Positions 13,709 through 27,493 are shown, counted from the whole stretch's first letter. The stretch is DNA of 63,967 bases, filler included, from Octopus bimaculoides (GCF_001194135.2; 6 parts of 6 records of this genome joined end to end with filler, not necessarily neighbours in it); one strand, 5' to 3'. Numbers and translations: made by a program. The notes: generated by a model from the sequence alone, not told the origin.

Positions 13709-14277
13709 TCATTCTAATGTTGGCACAAGGCATGAAAATTTGAGACTAGGGCTCAAGTCGATAACACCGGGCCGAGTTTTCATCTGATATTTATTTTATC
13801 GACCCCGAGAGGATAAAAATCAATTTTATTGACCTCGGGGAAATTTGAACTCAGTGTAGAGTAACGCAATGCCGTTAAGCAGTGGTGTCTGGCGTGCAAA
13901 AGAAAATAATACGAATGATAAAAAATTTCCACTGAACATGTTAATATATTAATGAAAATGAAAATCTTCTTACACACTCACATACATATATTAGGCTTAT
14001 ATTAATACAGACATAGAGGCTTTCACATATATTTGTATAAACCTAGAGGGATATTTCTTTAGATACGTACATACATACATACGTACATACATACATACGT
14101 ATCTACATACATAAATAGATACATACATACATACGTACATACATACATAAGTACATAAATACATACATACATAAATACATACATATAAATACTTATACGT
14201 AAAGGGGAGCATATATACATACATGAAACCATATACACATATCACGTGTAATATCACATATGTATGTGTGTGTGTGT

Positions 14278-14317
<40 letters not shown>

Positions 14318-14948
14318 NNNNNNNNNNNNNNNNNNNNNNNNNNNNNNNNNNNNNNNNNNNNNNNNNNNNNNNNNNNNNNNNNNNNNNNNNNNNNNNNNNN
14401 NNNNNNNNNNNNNNNNNNNNNNNNNNNNNNNNNNNNNNNNNNNNNNNNNNNNNNNNNNNNNNNNNNNNNNNNNNNNNNNNNNNNNNNNNNNNNNNNNNNN
14501 NNNNNNNNNNNNNNNNNNNNNNNNNNNNNNNNNNNNNNNNNNNNNNNNNNNNNNNNNNNNNNNNNNNNNNNNNNNNNNNNNNNNNNNNNNNNNNNNNNNN
14601 NNNNNNNNNNNNNNNNNNNNNNNNNNNNNNNNNNNNNNNNNNNNNNNNNNNNNNNNNNNNNNNNNNNNNNNNNNNNNNNNNNNNNNNNNNNNNNNTATAT
14701 ATACAGGTATGTATGTTTATAGGCTTGTATACATACGTGTAGCATAAAACGATAACTCTAATAAGAAACCGACAGATTATATGACAGCTGTCATGGTTTA
14801 ATCCAATCTCAGCGAATGTTTGTGAATGTATATATTTGACACAAGTTTTTCCATTATAATCGGAACTCTTCACTTTAGTGGAATCTATTTATTTTACAAA
14901 CGTGTGAATGGTTGTAGAATTAGAGAAAAGCACAGAGAGAGAGAGGGG

Positions 14949-14986
<38 letters not shown>

Positions 14987-15164
14987 GCAGAGCATTAGTT
15001 GGCTGGAGTGAGAGAGTGAGAGTGAGAGTAAGAGTAAGAAAGATAAAGAGTGATGTTGAGTGAGTGGCTGAGGTAGACGTACAGAACGCATTCATGGAAT
15101 ATGAACAACAGCCACAACTAATTAAAATGAATATGAAAAATTATGGTAGGGTGATGATAATGAA

Positions 15165-15272
<108 letters not shown>

Positions 15273-16002
15273 GATAATATCAGGCAGTGACTCGCATGGC
15301 TTCCGATCCTAATTGAACGGAAGTGTTATCATGTGTATATTTTTTGTTGGTGTAAAAAGTGGCCTACCATTAATATTCTGCTCAATGTCACACGTTTGCT
15401 TGTCACTTACTTGACTTTAAACCAGTTGAGCATCTCCCTTAGCGGCTGACGATATGTGCATCTCTGATCCCGAGCAGAAATAGTGGGAGAGAGTCATAGC
15501 CATGTGCTGAAAGGAATTCTTTGTGGGGTTGAATAATTCACATCTGGAAACATGGGTGTTTCGTTCAACACGATTAAACAACCGTTATTCGGGGACCTTT
15601 TGAGTGGGATGGACTACTCGACCGAAGAAAATTCTAACTGGGTCCCACCTGCAAGGTCATGCACTGTTTGGGTTGATGTGAGATCAATATGTCGCGTACA
15701 TGTGGTTGTGATGCACGTGCCTGGTGTACCCTTATTAGACGGGAAGTCATGATGGGTATATTGGGCTTCGTATATTTGTACGCTAGTGTCACTTTCTTGG
15801 CATGCACACTACGTACTCTCACTCAATAATTATGATAATAGTGGTTTCAAATTTTGGTAGAAGGGTAGCAATTGTTGTAGAGATTTCAGTCTTGAATTGG
15901 CCCTTATTTTATCGAGCCCAAAATGGGCGTGATAATTCTGCGGAATTTGTACTCAGAACGTAAAGATGGATGAAATGCTATCAAGTCGACCAGATTACCG
16001 TC

Positions 16003-16073
<71 letters not shown>

Positions 16074-16084
16074 GCCGATGATGA

Positions 16085-16116
<32 letters not shown>

Positions 16117-19047
16117 ATGATTGTGATGATGATGATGATGATGATGATGATNNNNNNNNNNNNNNNNNNNNNNNNNNNNNNNNNNNNNNNNNNAGGAGGA
16201 GGAGGAGGAGGAGGAGGAGGAGGAGGATGATTGTGATGATGATGATGCATTCTTAACAATGTTGTTGATTCTGCTTGGCACTTTGTGGTGCAACTAGAGA
16301 AATAATTGTGCATTTCACCTCTGGATACCCTTAATGTCCAATAAATACATGCCTTGTGTCCAGAATTACTGAGTCATATAGATTCGTCCTATATGTCAGT
16401 ATAAATTTTTGTCATCGTTCATTCCTAACAAGTTCTCCCAAATTCCAGGAAATTTACTAAAGGATCTGACGTCCATTTGCTTTGTAAATTTTCTGGGCTT
16501 TGTCCAGAAATCCTAAGTTGAATGTCCTGCAGAATGAACAGTTTAGCTGATTCTTGCCAAAGCCAGGATTATCCCTTAGAATATCGTCGCTCATTCTCAC
16601 CACTAAACCTCTGTATATGGTAAACACTAATGTACCATTATCTGCCTGGCACCACTACTAGAAAACTGTGAGTATCCGACAACGTTGTAGATGTTAAATA
16701 CTCGGTCATAGATATTCATTTGAACTTCAGCTCCGTAAAGAAGCAACTGCCTCACAAACCGCGGCCACAAATTCGCACGCCAATTTAACTTCTCCAATAT
16801 TCACAGTCTCAGTATATGCTTCCGCATCTTAAGCGACGCCATACTGTATCTTCCGTGCCATAGTATTCAAGTAGCTGTTTTAATTCCTGACGCAATACAT
16901 TAACTATAAGAAAAGCAAAAACTAAGATAATATACATATCTAAAACGATTAAGATTGATTTATATTTTTTTAAGTTTCTATATTAACATATTCTTGACAG
17001 AATGTTTTAGCAAAAACCAATCCTCGTAAAAATAAATTAAACATAAAAATATTCGAAGCATGTAAGAAAATATCTACGCTAGTAAAAAGAAATTAATGCA
17101 ATTGATGTGTCACGTCAGGTTGTTTTTTTTTTCCGGAATTCTTGTAGCTGTTATACAACTAAACATGAATCTACTACACGGAACTGTCTCTTGGCAACAT
17201 TTAAAATACCACACAGTGCCCTTGCCCTATTCACCTTGCTTATATTAATAATTTATGTCTAGGAAACATAGCAGAGATATTGCATTGCATTTAGGACGCT
17301 GCTGTACAACGGACAGAAATCATGATATAAATCATTTAAGTAAATGCCGTCAGTTTTTTACCGTCCTTAATAAATATTTAAGATTTATGAAAAGTGACGG
17401 CCAAGATCGCTCAGAGTTTGATATACTCCCCCACAGAATACTGAAGATCACCTAAAGGACAAAATGTAATAGAATACGTGAGATATTTTTGAGCTCCTGA
17501 AAAGAGCCAATCTGCGCGGCCTGAAGGTGATTGTGACTAAAGAAAAGCGAGACTTGTGGGTCATAATTTCCAACAAGCAGAATAAAGATAAAGCGCCATA
17601 TTCATTATAGATGAAAGCACATCTATTTTGCCACTTCTACAAACTAGGGCAAAACTGTGGCGTTGTCAACAGTGTTTCTTTGGAATCCAACATTTTCTGA
17701 TTTTCACAATTCTTTTGTATTCGCACAGTTGTTGATATATTCTGGATGTTTAAACATTCGGACTTTGAATTTTATTGTAATCATTTTTATGCTGAGTGAA
17801 TTAATTTTAACATTAGACCGTTTAAAGTAGTAACTACTGCTAGTTTTGTCCTTAATTTAAAAATCATTACTGTAACCTTATCCAGAGTTAAGTTACAACA
17901 TTTTGCGTTAAAAATGTATTATCTCTTATCTCATAGTTTTAGCCGTTGGACTGCAGCCTTGTGGTGGTACCGTCCTGAGACCTTCAGTCAAACAAATCGA
18001 CCCCGGTGCTTATTTGTAACACCTGTATTTATTCTATCGATATATATTTTGCCGACCGATGGATCTCGGTGACGCAAACAAACACAGGTGGCAAGGAAGA
18101 AACACAAGCACACACTCACAGATCAAATTTACAGACAACAAAACCAATCAACGATGCGTATAGCCTACATAGTGCTCTACTACCATACGCATCAATTGCG
18201 AAATAATGAAAGGTTAAGTTTATTTCGGGTAAACATGAACTCACAACGCAGAGCAGAGAAACGAGGCGAATAGAAATACTGAGAGACATCTTCTCCAACG
18301 CTTTCACGACTCCACAAATTCTCCACGTTCGTCATTTAATATTTAAAATATAATACACAACACCATTAAGATTTATTCAACATTTATAGAGCTACTGTAG
18401 ATTCTGTGTAATGACTGAGCCTTTAGGTTTGCCTTCAAATTATCAGGAAGAGATCAGGCCACTATGATATAAGTTTATAAGTTAATAACAGGAAAGTTAA
18501 TCTCAACGATAGTTGATATCTCCGAATTGTATCATTCACCAACAGGATGATATTCATATAAATTAGTTGCTGAGAGCAAACTCGTCCATTTATGCCTATG
18601 GATGAGAAATGCTAATCTTTCTAATACAATCATAACTCAGTGTAATATATTAGAATATATGGGAGATTTTAAAAGATAATGTCTTAGTTTTATGCAGTTT
18701 AAGGCTTGTCATATTTCCGGGGTTCCCGAATAAGTGCTGCAGATGTTTATATGATCACGTGCATCTCTGGAGAAATATAATTACATTATAAATGTGTATA
18801 ACTATATAGACGCACAAGCACAAACACCAATGATTGCAGCATCTCCATTCTTATCAGGATGATTACAACGAGTCAGTAAAAGAACCTTTACACGGTTGTT
18901 CGATGTGCTCGTAAGAGTAGGCAAATCAACCTCACATCTTACCCCTACCGTACTGAGATAGATACAATAAATAATAAAGGCACAAACAAGCAGGATGGTC
19001 AAGTTTAGAATAATGATTATTGTGATTAATATCAATCAGTTGTTTAA

Positions 19048-19758
19048 AGCGACGAGCTAGCACAGTGTCCACCACACCAGGTTAAATTCTTAAGGACGTT
19101 TTAGCCGTCTTTTCGTTTCGAGTTCAAATTCTGCCGAGGTTGACTTTGCCTTTCATCCTTCGGGGTCGAAAAGCTAAGTAGCAGTTGAGTAATCGACTTG
19201 CCCCTCTCCCGAAAGTGCTTGTCTTGTGCAAAATTTGAAACCAATCTCAATTGGTTGTACCGTAGCTTTAAACAACAACAAAAAGAACATCAACAGTATC
19301 ATCATGGCAACAATATATTTCATTAACAAGGCGGCGGGCTGGCCGAAACGTTTGCACGCCGAGCGCAATGCTTAGCGGTATTTCGTCTGGCTTTACGTTC
19401 TGAGCTCAAATTCCGCCGAGGTCGACTTTGCCTTTTATCCTTTCGGGGTCGATAAATTTAGTATCAGTTACGCACTGGGGTCAATATAATCGACTTAATC
19501 CCTTTGTCTGTCCTTGTTTGTCCCCTCTATGTTTAGCCCTTTGTGGCTAATAAAGAAATAAGAAACGTTAGCACACCGGGCGAAATGCTTAGCGGTATTT
19601 CGTCTGTCTTTACGTTCGAATTCCGCCGAGGTCGACTTTGCTTTTCATCCTTAAGAGGTCGATGAATGAATCAAGTACCAGTTGCGTGCTGGAGTCGCTC
19701 TAATTGGCTGACCCCTTCCCCTAAAATTTCGGGCCTTGTGCCTATAGCAGAAAAGAAT
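19048..19758 (+). mobile_element. Three tandem SINE family A copies with three different tails
   Basis: Copies at about 19048-19243, 19330-19560 and 19561-19758 share head and core sequence. Confidence 0.88.
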
Positions 19759-20061
19759 ATCTTTCATTATTTACCCACACAGAGCAGATCAATGCATTGG
19801 AATCACATCACAGTACACACGTTGCACAACGAAGCGAACACACGCACACATTTACGGTATCATCTATAATACCGTCAACAAAAAAAAATATCAGCTACAT
19901 AATACATAACAAGCCCACCAACAACGACTATAACACAGTTCTATATTTGAGAGATGTGAAATTATGTCAATTATTTACATTATTTGTATTTTACTGATAT
20001 TTGTCCTTGAAAAAGACAAATATCTTGAGAAAGGAAAAGTAGGTGATGTAGTTCTAGATAC

Positions 20062-20345
20062 ATTCATTCATTCGGTACTCATTGTGCCTCGTGGAACTTG
20101 AAGTGACACCAAGATCATTCTACCTTCTAACACTGAAAGCATCCTTGTTAACCCTTCTGCTTTTAAGATCTTTTGTTATTGTTCTCCGCCACGTTTCCTT
20201 TGGTTGGCCATGTCTTCTTTACCTTGTGGAACCCATTGCAAAGCGATACTCACAATTGTACTCAGTTTATAGGAACAAGCTCAACCCAGCAATTTCTATC
20301 TCTTTGCTTCAATAGTTTCTCTTATTGTTTTCACGTTAGCCTTGG
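20062..20345 (-). mobile_element. 3' end of an RTE-clade LINE, degenerate
   Basis: Minus strand ...IALQWVPQGK-RRHGQPKETWRRTITKDLK..., ending in a (GAAT)n-like tail. Confidence 0.65.
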
Positions 20346-20625
20346 TGTGTAGTTGGCTAGTCGGGAACAAAAAGCGAAAAACTAGATACAGGAGTGTGGC
20401 TGGGACGTGTTTCATTACATATCTATACAATGAGAGTACTGATAAGGTTAGTCAACTTTACCCTCATCATCTCAATTACCACCAATGCTGTCAAACAACG
20501 GTTTATGAAGTGTTTTGATCAAGAACCAGTTGGTCACGTGCTTATGCACAAAACCAGTGACATAAACAACTCTAATGGCAGGAACAAGACGCCAATATCA
20601 CTAATAGTAACACTGTAATGAATAA

Positions 20626-20681
20626 CTTGCGCCATTACCAGATTAGCTTGCGCCATTACCAGATTAGCTTGCGCCATTACC
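20626..20681 (+). repeat. Perfect 21-bp tandem repeat, 2.7 copies
   Basis: Unit CTTGCGCCATTACCAGATTAG. Confidence 0.95.
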
Positions 20682-21371
20682 TCTTATTAAATCCAGGGTA
20701 ATCCTTAAATGCGGTCAAAGAAATGTATTGTAGTAATTCGCTTCTGAATGCAAGTGTGTCATTTTCTGAAGGTATCTTCTAAGTTAAAACTTTTTTAGTA
20801 AAATGAATCAAGCACCCGCGTAAATATGTACATGCATTTCGTACTTTGCGAGTCCATTGTGGTCAAAAATTTAAAAACAAATAATGAAGACCGAAACACC
20901 GGTCTTTTAAAACACAAAACTTTTCCCATATTCGATCCAGTCCTTCTCTTGTTACGCTTTCCACGTCCTGTAAATGCGGCCAATCGGTTATTAGTCAATT
21001 GCAAAAAACTGTAAGCAACGATTATTGTCCCCACAAAACGCGATATAAATTCTTAAAAAGGAACCAATAAATAACTCTGTGGATTTAATCATCGTGCTGT
21101 TAATAATGCAGTAGTTATGCTCACGATGTAAAGAACTTATCATTCATAATGAGACACAGCATGGATTAGAAATGGCATCTTGCGGGTTATTGATTAATTT
21201 GGGAAAGAGTGTTACTAAAACTAATTCCACGATTGGGTTTTTAGTGGTCAAAAATATCAAATACAAGAATATGACGAGAATGAAGACAATGATGATGATG
21301 ATGATGATGAGGGCAGCAACAATGACGTTGACGGTGACGATGATGACAGGATGACTAAAACAAAGTGATGG

Positions 21372-21541
21372 GTTCTATATTTAAGAGATGAGGAATTATT
21401 TACATTATGTACATTTGAAGGACATTTGTCCTCATCTTGTTTGTTGTTAACACAACGTTTCGGCTGATATACTCTCCACCCTTCATCAGGTGACTTGGGG
21501 AAATTACAAACCTGGGTTCTCATTCCTAAGGTATTATTTGA

Positions 21542-21574
<33 letters not shown>

Positions 21575-21672
21575 TACTATTATCATTATTATTATAATTC
21601 AGGTCACTACCTGGAATCGAACTCGGAATCTTGGGGTTAGTAGTCCGCGCTCTTAACCACTACGCCATATGC
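21372..21672 (-). mobile_element. Full-length tRNA-headed SINE with internal (AAT)n and hammerhead-bearing 3' part
   Basis: Minus strand: A box TGGCGTAGTGG (21657-67), tRNA-like GGACTACTAACCCC arm, B box GAGTTCGATTCCA (21612-24), (AAT)n about 21545-21597, then a body shared with copies at 11500-11640 and 21673-21774. Confidence 0.8.
21449..21494 (-). ncRNA. Minimal type I hammerhead motif (copy b) inside a tRNA-headed SINE; core intact, helices imperfect
   Basis: Minus strand GTCAC-CTGATGA-A-GGGTG-GAGAGTATAT-CAGCC-GAAA-CG-TT-GTGTT, with a G.G mismatch in helix II and a U.U mismatch in helix I. Confidence 0.6.
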
Positions 21673-21774
21673 TCCAAGGCACTCGATGAAGGCTAGAGGG
21701 AATATCAGCCGAAACGTAGTGTTAACAACAAACAAGATGAGGACAAATATCCGTCAAATGTAAATAATGTAAAT
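21673..21774 (+). mobile_element. 5'-truncated inverted copy of the hammerhead SINE tail abutting the head of the full copy
   Basis: CCAAGGCACTCGATGAAGG...GATGAGGACAAATATCCGTCAAATGTAAATAATGTAAAT is the reverse complement of about 21395-21497. Confidence 0.75.
21678..21723 (+). ncRNA. Degenerate hammerhead motif (copy c), core mutated
   Basis: GGCAC-TCGATGA-A-GGCTA-GAGGGAATAT-CAGCC-GAAA-CG-TA-GTGTT. CUGA is changed to UCGA, so probably inactive. Confidence 0.5.
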
Positions 21775-22599
21775 GAAGTGATGGGCGTAGATTAGTGGGA
21801 AGGGTGAGAGCAAAATACGTATTTCCGCTTCCACTGTCAAACGATCGCAAAAGTGATATGGGTAAGATTTTACACTCATGCTACTACGCAAATCTGTGTG
21901 TGTATACGTATATACCACTATATATATATATATATATATAATATTGCAAACTAAGTGTATTACTTTCCAGTAAAATAAAGCACCGTAAAGGTAGAAGTAT
22001 ACATATAAATATAAATATAGATTAGTGGTACAACAACAGGGCACCAATATTTGCTGGAAATACCAGTCGATACATTTATGATGCTATAGTAAAGTTTCAA
22101 TGTATATATTGTGGCAAAGACGGGTGAGTACGATCATACTGGCATTGATGTGGCAACATTTGAAATATTGTCCAGGTAAATGCAGCCGATGAAGACTGAT
22201 CAAATTTACGTTGACAAACGTATTTGAAGAGTCAGAAACCTAGGTAATGGATTATCCGATTCCGGGTTGTCCATTTATCGAATGTTCTTCCTACAGGTAA
22301 GACAAATATTGCATGTTTGTATTTTTTTTCAGTCCTCTTTTTCTCATACTTCTTTTTATACGTATCCCACATGAGTTTTTATTTACATGCATTTTTATGT
22401 ATATTCATATATATATATATGTGTATGTATTTTTATGTATATTTATTTATATATATATATATTTATATGTTATAAATATCTTTTAAAATATTTTAAAATA
22501 TTCATATGTGTCGATATATACTAATATATGTAAACGCATTTTAAGTGGAATTTATAAATGTTCCAGTGTGATTGCCTAAATTGAGTTTATATCTTCTTT

Positions 22600-22641
<42 letters not shown>

Positions 22642-23018
22642 CACACACACTCACACACATACAAACGTGCGCACACACACACAACCACACATATATGAAG
22701 TGATATAAGTTAAAAGACTTGCTAGACGTTTCTAAATCTCCGCAGGTAATGTCGTACATTAGAATCCACTGCGACAGACTATCTGAGAGCTTCGCACTCT
22801 TTTGCCCTCCACTTCTATGCATTCCTCATTTGTTTTCGATATTGAATGACGAACTGCTGCAGATTGTTTACAAATCCACACGTCATTACACCTTGAGGCT
22901 GCTAATGTTCGGCAATGCTAGCTTTGTAAACAGATACACACGTGGGCGTGTAGGCCGTTTATACATAACATATACTGAGTTATATATAAACACACACAGC
23001 CTAACACACATATATACG

Positions 23019-23070
<52 letters not shown>

Positions 23071-24865
23071 ATTGTGTGTGTGTATGTATCTATATATATA
23101 TATATATATNNNNNNNNNNNNNNNNNNNNNNNNNNNNNNNNNNNNNNNNNNNNNNNNNNNNNNNNNNNNNNNNNNNNNNNNNNNNNNNNNNNNNNNNNNN
23201 NNNNNNNNNNNNNNNNNNNNNNNNNNNNNNNNNNNNNNNNNNNNNNNNNNNNNNNNNNNNNNNNNNNNNNNNNNNNNNNNNNNNNNNNNNNNNNNNNNNN
23301 NNNNNNNNNNNNNNNNNNNNNNNNNNNNNNNNNNNNNNNNNNNNNNNNNNNNNNNNNNNNNNNNNNNNNNNNNNNNNNNNNNNNNNNNNNNNNNNNNNNN
23401 NNNNNNNNNNNNNNNNNNNNNNNNNNNNNNNNNNNNNNNNNNNNNNNNNNNNNNNNNNNNNNNNNNNNNNNNNNNNNNNNNNNNNNNNNNNNNNNNNNNN
23501 NNNNNNNNNNNNNNNNNNNNNNNNNNNNNNNNNNNNNNNNNNNNNNNNNNNNNNNNNNNNNNNNNNNNNNNNNNNNNNNNNNNNNNNNNNNNNNNNNNNN
23601 NNNNNNNNNNNNNNNNNNNNNNNNNNNNNNNNNNNNNNNNNNNNNNNNNNNNNNNNNNNNNNNNNNNNNNNNNNNNNNNNNNNNNNNNNNNNNNNNNATA
23701 TATATATATATACACACATATCTATGTATGCATTTGTGTGTCTGTATCCCGCCACCATCACCATATCCTGACAACCGCTGATGATGTGTTTACGTCTCTG
23801 TAAGTAGTACGCTTTAAAAACTGTCCTGTAGTCGATTTATTCGACTGAAAGCCTTGAAAGCGCTGCTCTAGCATGGCCGCCGTCGAATGGCCGTAAAAAG
23901 CAAAAGAATACATGGATATGTGTATATGTGCGTTGTGGATAGTTGTGCATGTGTGCGTATGTGTACGCGTTTGTATATATGTATGTATATAATTATATAA
24001 TATGTATAACTTTAATTAATTTATCATTAATAAAATTCAAATTACCTGAAATTGAACCTATAAACATCATAAATATACCCGTATAAAACCACCACCGTCC
24101 CTTAAGTACACATATTCACACATATATACGCAAACACGCATTTGTTGTCAATCATGCACGTATAATTTATATCAGCGAAAAATCAAAGCTCACACGTAAA
24201 AACACACGGATAATAACGCATCTTTAGACAGATGCACAAACAACACACTGAAATCTACTCATACATACAAAAAAAACAGAAAGATAAATAACACAGAAGC
24301 GCACTTAGGAACGCATAAACATACAAATAACCGCGTTGCTTCACGTCGAATAAGCTGGCATTCTCATGAAGAAAATGCAAATTTTAATACTAGATAAATA
24401 TGTTATAGACAGAAGGGAGGGAATAAAACTAAACTGCAAGGCTATTATTGATAAGGAATATCTATGAAATTGTTGATGTATGCTAATGAAAATATCTTTC
24501 GTAAAATATATATATATCATTTACGGCGCATCAAAAGTATGTTTTATTACTTTCCATTTCTAATTTATAACTTGAAAAGTAATAATTTATATGCTTTGCA
24601 ATAATTAATATAGCAATTTTCAATTAAAATTAATTGTTTATACCCTATATTCATTTATGTATTTGCATTAGCTCGGAAGCATATTTGCTTTGGTTTTTAG
24701 ACTTTGCACATCAAAAGTACACGCACATGCACTCACACACGCACACAGACACACACATATTTATTTACATATATATTGTTTTCCATGTGTGTGTGGGTGT
24801 GTATCATCGTGTATGTATGAATATGTACATGAATATATGTATGTATGTATATATATATGTATATA

Positions 24866-24903
<38 letters not shown>

Positions 24904-26069
24904 NNNNNNNNNNNNNNNNNNNNNNNNNNNNNNNNNNNNNNNNNNNNNNNNNNNNNNNNNNNNNNNNNNNNNNNNNNNNNNNNNNNNNNNNNNNNNNNNN
25001 NNNNNNNNNNNNNNNNNNNNNNNNNNNNNNNNNNNNNNNNNNNNNNNNNNNNNNNNNNNNNNNNNNNNNNNNNNNNNNNNNNNNNNNNNNNNNNNNNNNN
25101 NNNNNNNNNNNNNNNNNNNNNNNNNNNNNNNNNNNNNNNNNNNNNNNNNNNNNNNNNNNNNNNNNNNNNNNNNNNNNNNNNNNNNNNNNNNNNNNNNATA
25201 TATATATATATATATATCTATATATATATATATATACATACATTTAAGGATTTAGATACGGACATTTAAATGCGTGTATGCTTGACTGTGTGTGTCTATG
25301 TGTATGTTTGTGTGTGAGTGTGTGTGGGTGTATGTGTGTGTGTGTGTGTATGTGTGTGTGTGTGCTGAATCATAAAATACACATAATACGCATTTTTCAA
25401 TAACGCTTAGTAAAGAGCTATGAAACATCACAGAATATTCGGTAGTTAACGTCGAAAGATCGTCTGACATTTGTTTCATATCTTTAGAAGATACGATGGC
25501 TGCACAGCACAAACACGCTGTTACCAAATTAGAAATGTGTAACTGACTTTAAAAATATACAAACAAATTTATAGTTAATTGTTTTATGTGTAGAAAATCA
25601 CTAACGGACTCAATTTATTAACAAAACCAACTACAGAAAATCTCTTTGAATAAGGGTAATTATAATAATATCTTCAGTAAGATTAAAAAACACGTATTTA
25701 ATATCATTTTTTTTTTAAATATAATGTGAAATATATTTTTAAAATTCTGGTAGGTACTGTAGTAATTGTAAATCTACAGATAGTTGATGCAGCTTCTGAA
25801 GATTAATTTTGGTCGCCTAAGGCAATAACTATCTACGGATATTAACAAGAATGAATTTAAAATGTAAAACGCAGGATCGAAACCAGGCGCGAAAGTAGTG
25901 ATCTGTTCTAATATAGGCACAACGACAGCAATTTCGGGGGAATGTATCAGTCGATTACATCATAATAATAATGATAATAATAATGATGATGATGATAATG
26001 ATAAAGAAGATTAACAAAACTAGTAGTGGTAGCAGATCAGCTATATCATTGCGTATGTATTTATATACA

Positions 26070-26120
<51 letters not shown>

Positions 26121-26121
26121 A

Positions 26122-27395
26122 TTGGGTTGTCCGGGAAGTTCGTGCAGATTTTTAAAGGAAAGAAAAAGGTCAATAAATACTTGCCATTACATTTTTAATC
26201 AACCAAATATGAACCATTTTGTTGCACAACGCGTCTCCATCTTTCCTTTAACATGAAAATACCCTCTTTCCAGAACTGAGGTGGTTTCATGACAAAGAAT
26301 CCATCAAGGTATCTTTTTACATCATCCAAAAAATTGAAATTTTTAGCATTAAGATTATTCTGCAGAGACCTGAATAAGTGGAAATCCGAAGGAGCAATAT
26401 CTGGTGAATATGGAGGGTAGGGTATCACATACCAGCCGAGCTGCAGCAATTTTTGTCTAGTTCCCAAAGAAACGTGGAGTCTTCCATTATCATGCTGGAA
26501 AACAACACCCTTACTGTTGGCCAATTCTGCACGGTTCTCTTGAATCGTTGCTTTTAACTCGTCCAGTTGTGTGCAGTATTTCTCAGAATTAATTGTCTGG
26601 TTACTTGGGAGAAACTCATAGTACAGAATTCGTTTCCAATCCCACCAGACACAAAGCAAGATATTTTTAGGGTGACGACCCGCTTTTGGGATGGCTAAGG
26701 GTGGCTCAATGTCATTTACTCTAGGATCGCTTTCTCTGAATATTTCGGTAGATAATCCATTTCTCATCACCTGTCACAATTTGCTTTAAAAAAAGCGCGT
26801 TTTCATTCCGTTTATAAAGCGAATCACAGATGGAAATACGATCCAAAAGGTACTTCCCACTCAACACAAACATCGTGGCGGTTTGTGTTCCCAAGCTTTA
26901 CCAGGTGCTCATAAACTACTTATTTTGATAGGTTGAAGCTTTCTGCCAATTCTCGGGTTGTGCAATGTGGGTTATTCTCAATTAATAACTTGATTTGGTC
27001 ATCATCTGTAGTGGATGTCGAGCCTGATCGCTCTTTACTAAAAAGGCTACAATCTCCAGCTCGGAACCTTGCGAACCACTTCCGTACAGTTCTTTCGGAT
27101 AAAGATACATCACCGTAAACTGGGTATATTTCTTTGGTTGCTTGTGAGGCATTTTTCCCTTTACGGAAAAAGAAAAGAATCAAGTGCCGGAAATGAACTT
27201 TCTTATCTTCCATTTTAAAGGGTTACAGAATTAACACCGGTTATAGGAACATAAACTTTTTTCCACGAAAAGATACCTTAAACTGTGCTCTAAATGGAGG
27301 TGTAGTCAAATCCTATTTTATGGATTCAACTACGTTCTAAAATAAGACGAAAGGTTAACTACTATACATCGGCACGAACTTTCCGGACAACCTAA
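26122..27395 (-). mobile_element. Near full-length mariner (DD34D) DNA transposon, defective
   Basis: 28-bp TIRs TTGGGTTGTCCGGGAAGTTCGTGCAGAT / TTAGGTTGTCCGGAAAGTTCGTGCCGAT (25/28 match), flanked by TA at 26120-21 and 27396-97. Length is 1274 bp and the transposase motifs lie inside. Confidence 0.95.
26195..27213 (-). pseudogene. Mariner transposase pseudogene
   Basis: N-terminal HTH (HFRHLILFFFRKGKNASQA...ERTVRKWFARFRAG), IVTGDEKW (26757-80), LLCVWWD, QHDNGRLH, YSPDIAPSDFHLF, C-terminal ERWRRVVQQNGSY. Broken by a stop at 26920-22, a frameshifting deletion near 26860 and further stops or frameshifts at about 26700-26740. Confidence 0.92.
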
Positions 27396-27405
27396 TATAT
27401 ATATA

Positions 27406-27493
<88 letters not shown>

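Noticed and set aside
17444-17475. CTGAAGA followed by a short hairpin
   Set aside because: No GAAA or helix I. The segment reads better as a LINE-like RILKIT remnant.
21600-21670. tRNA gene-like sequence (and similar SINE heads elsewhere)
   Set aside because: No complete acceptor stem, and the sequence continues into repeat bodies, so these are SINE heads, not tRNA genes.
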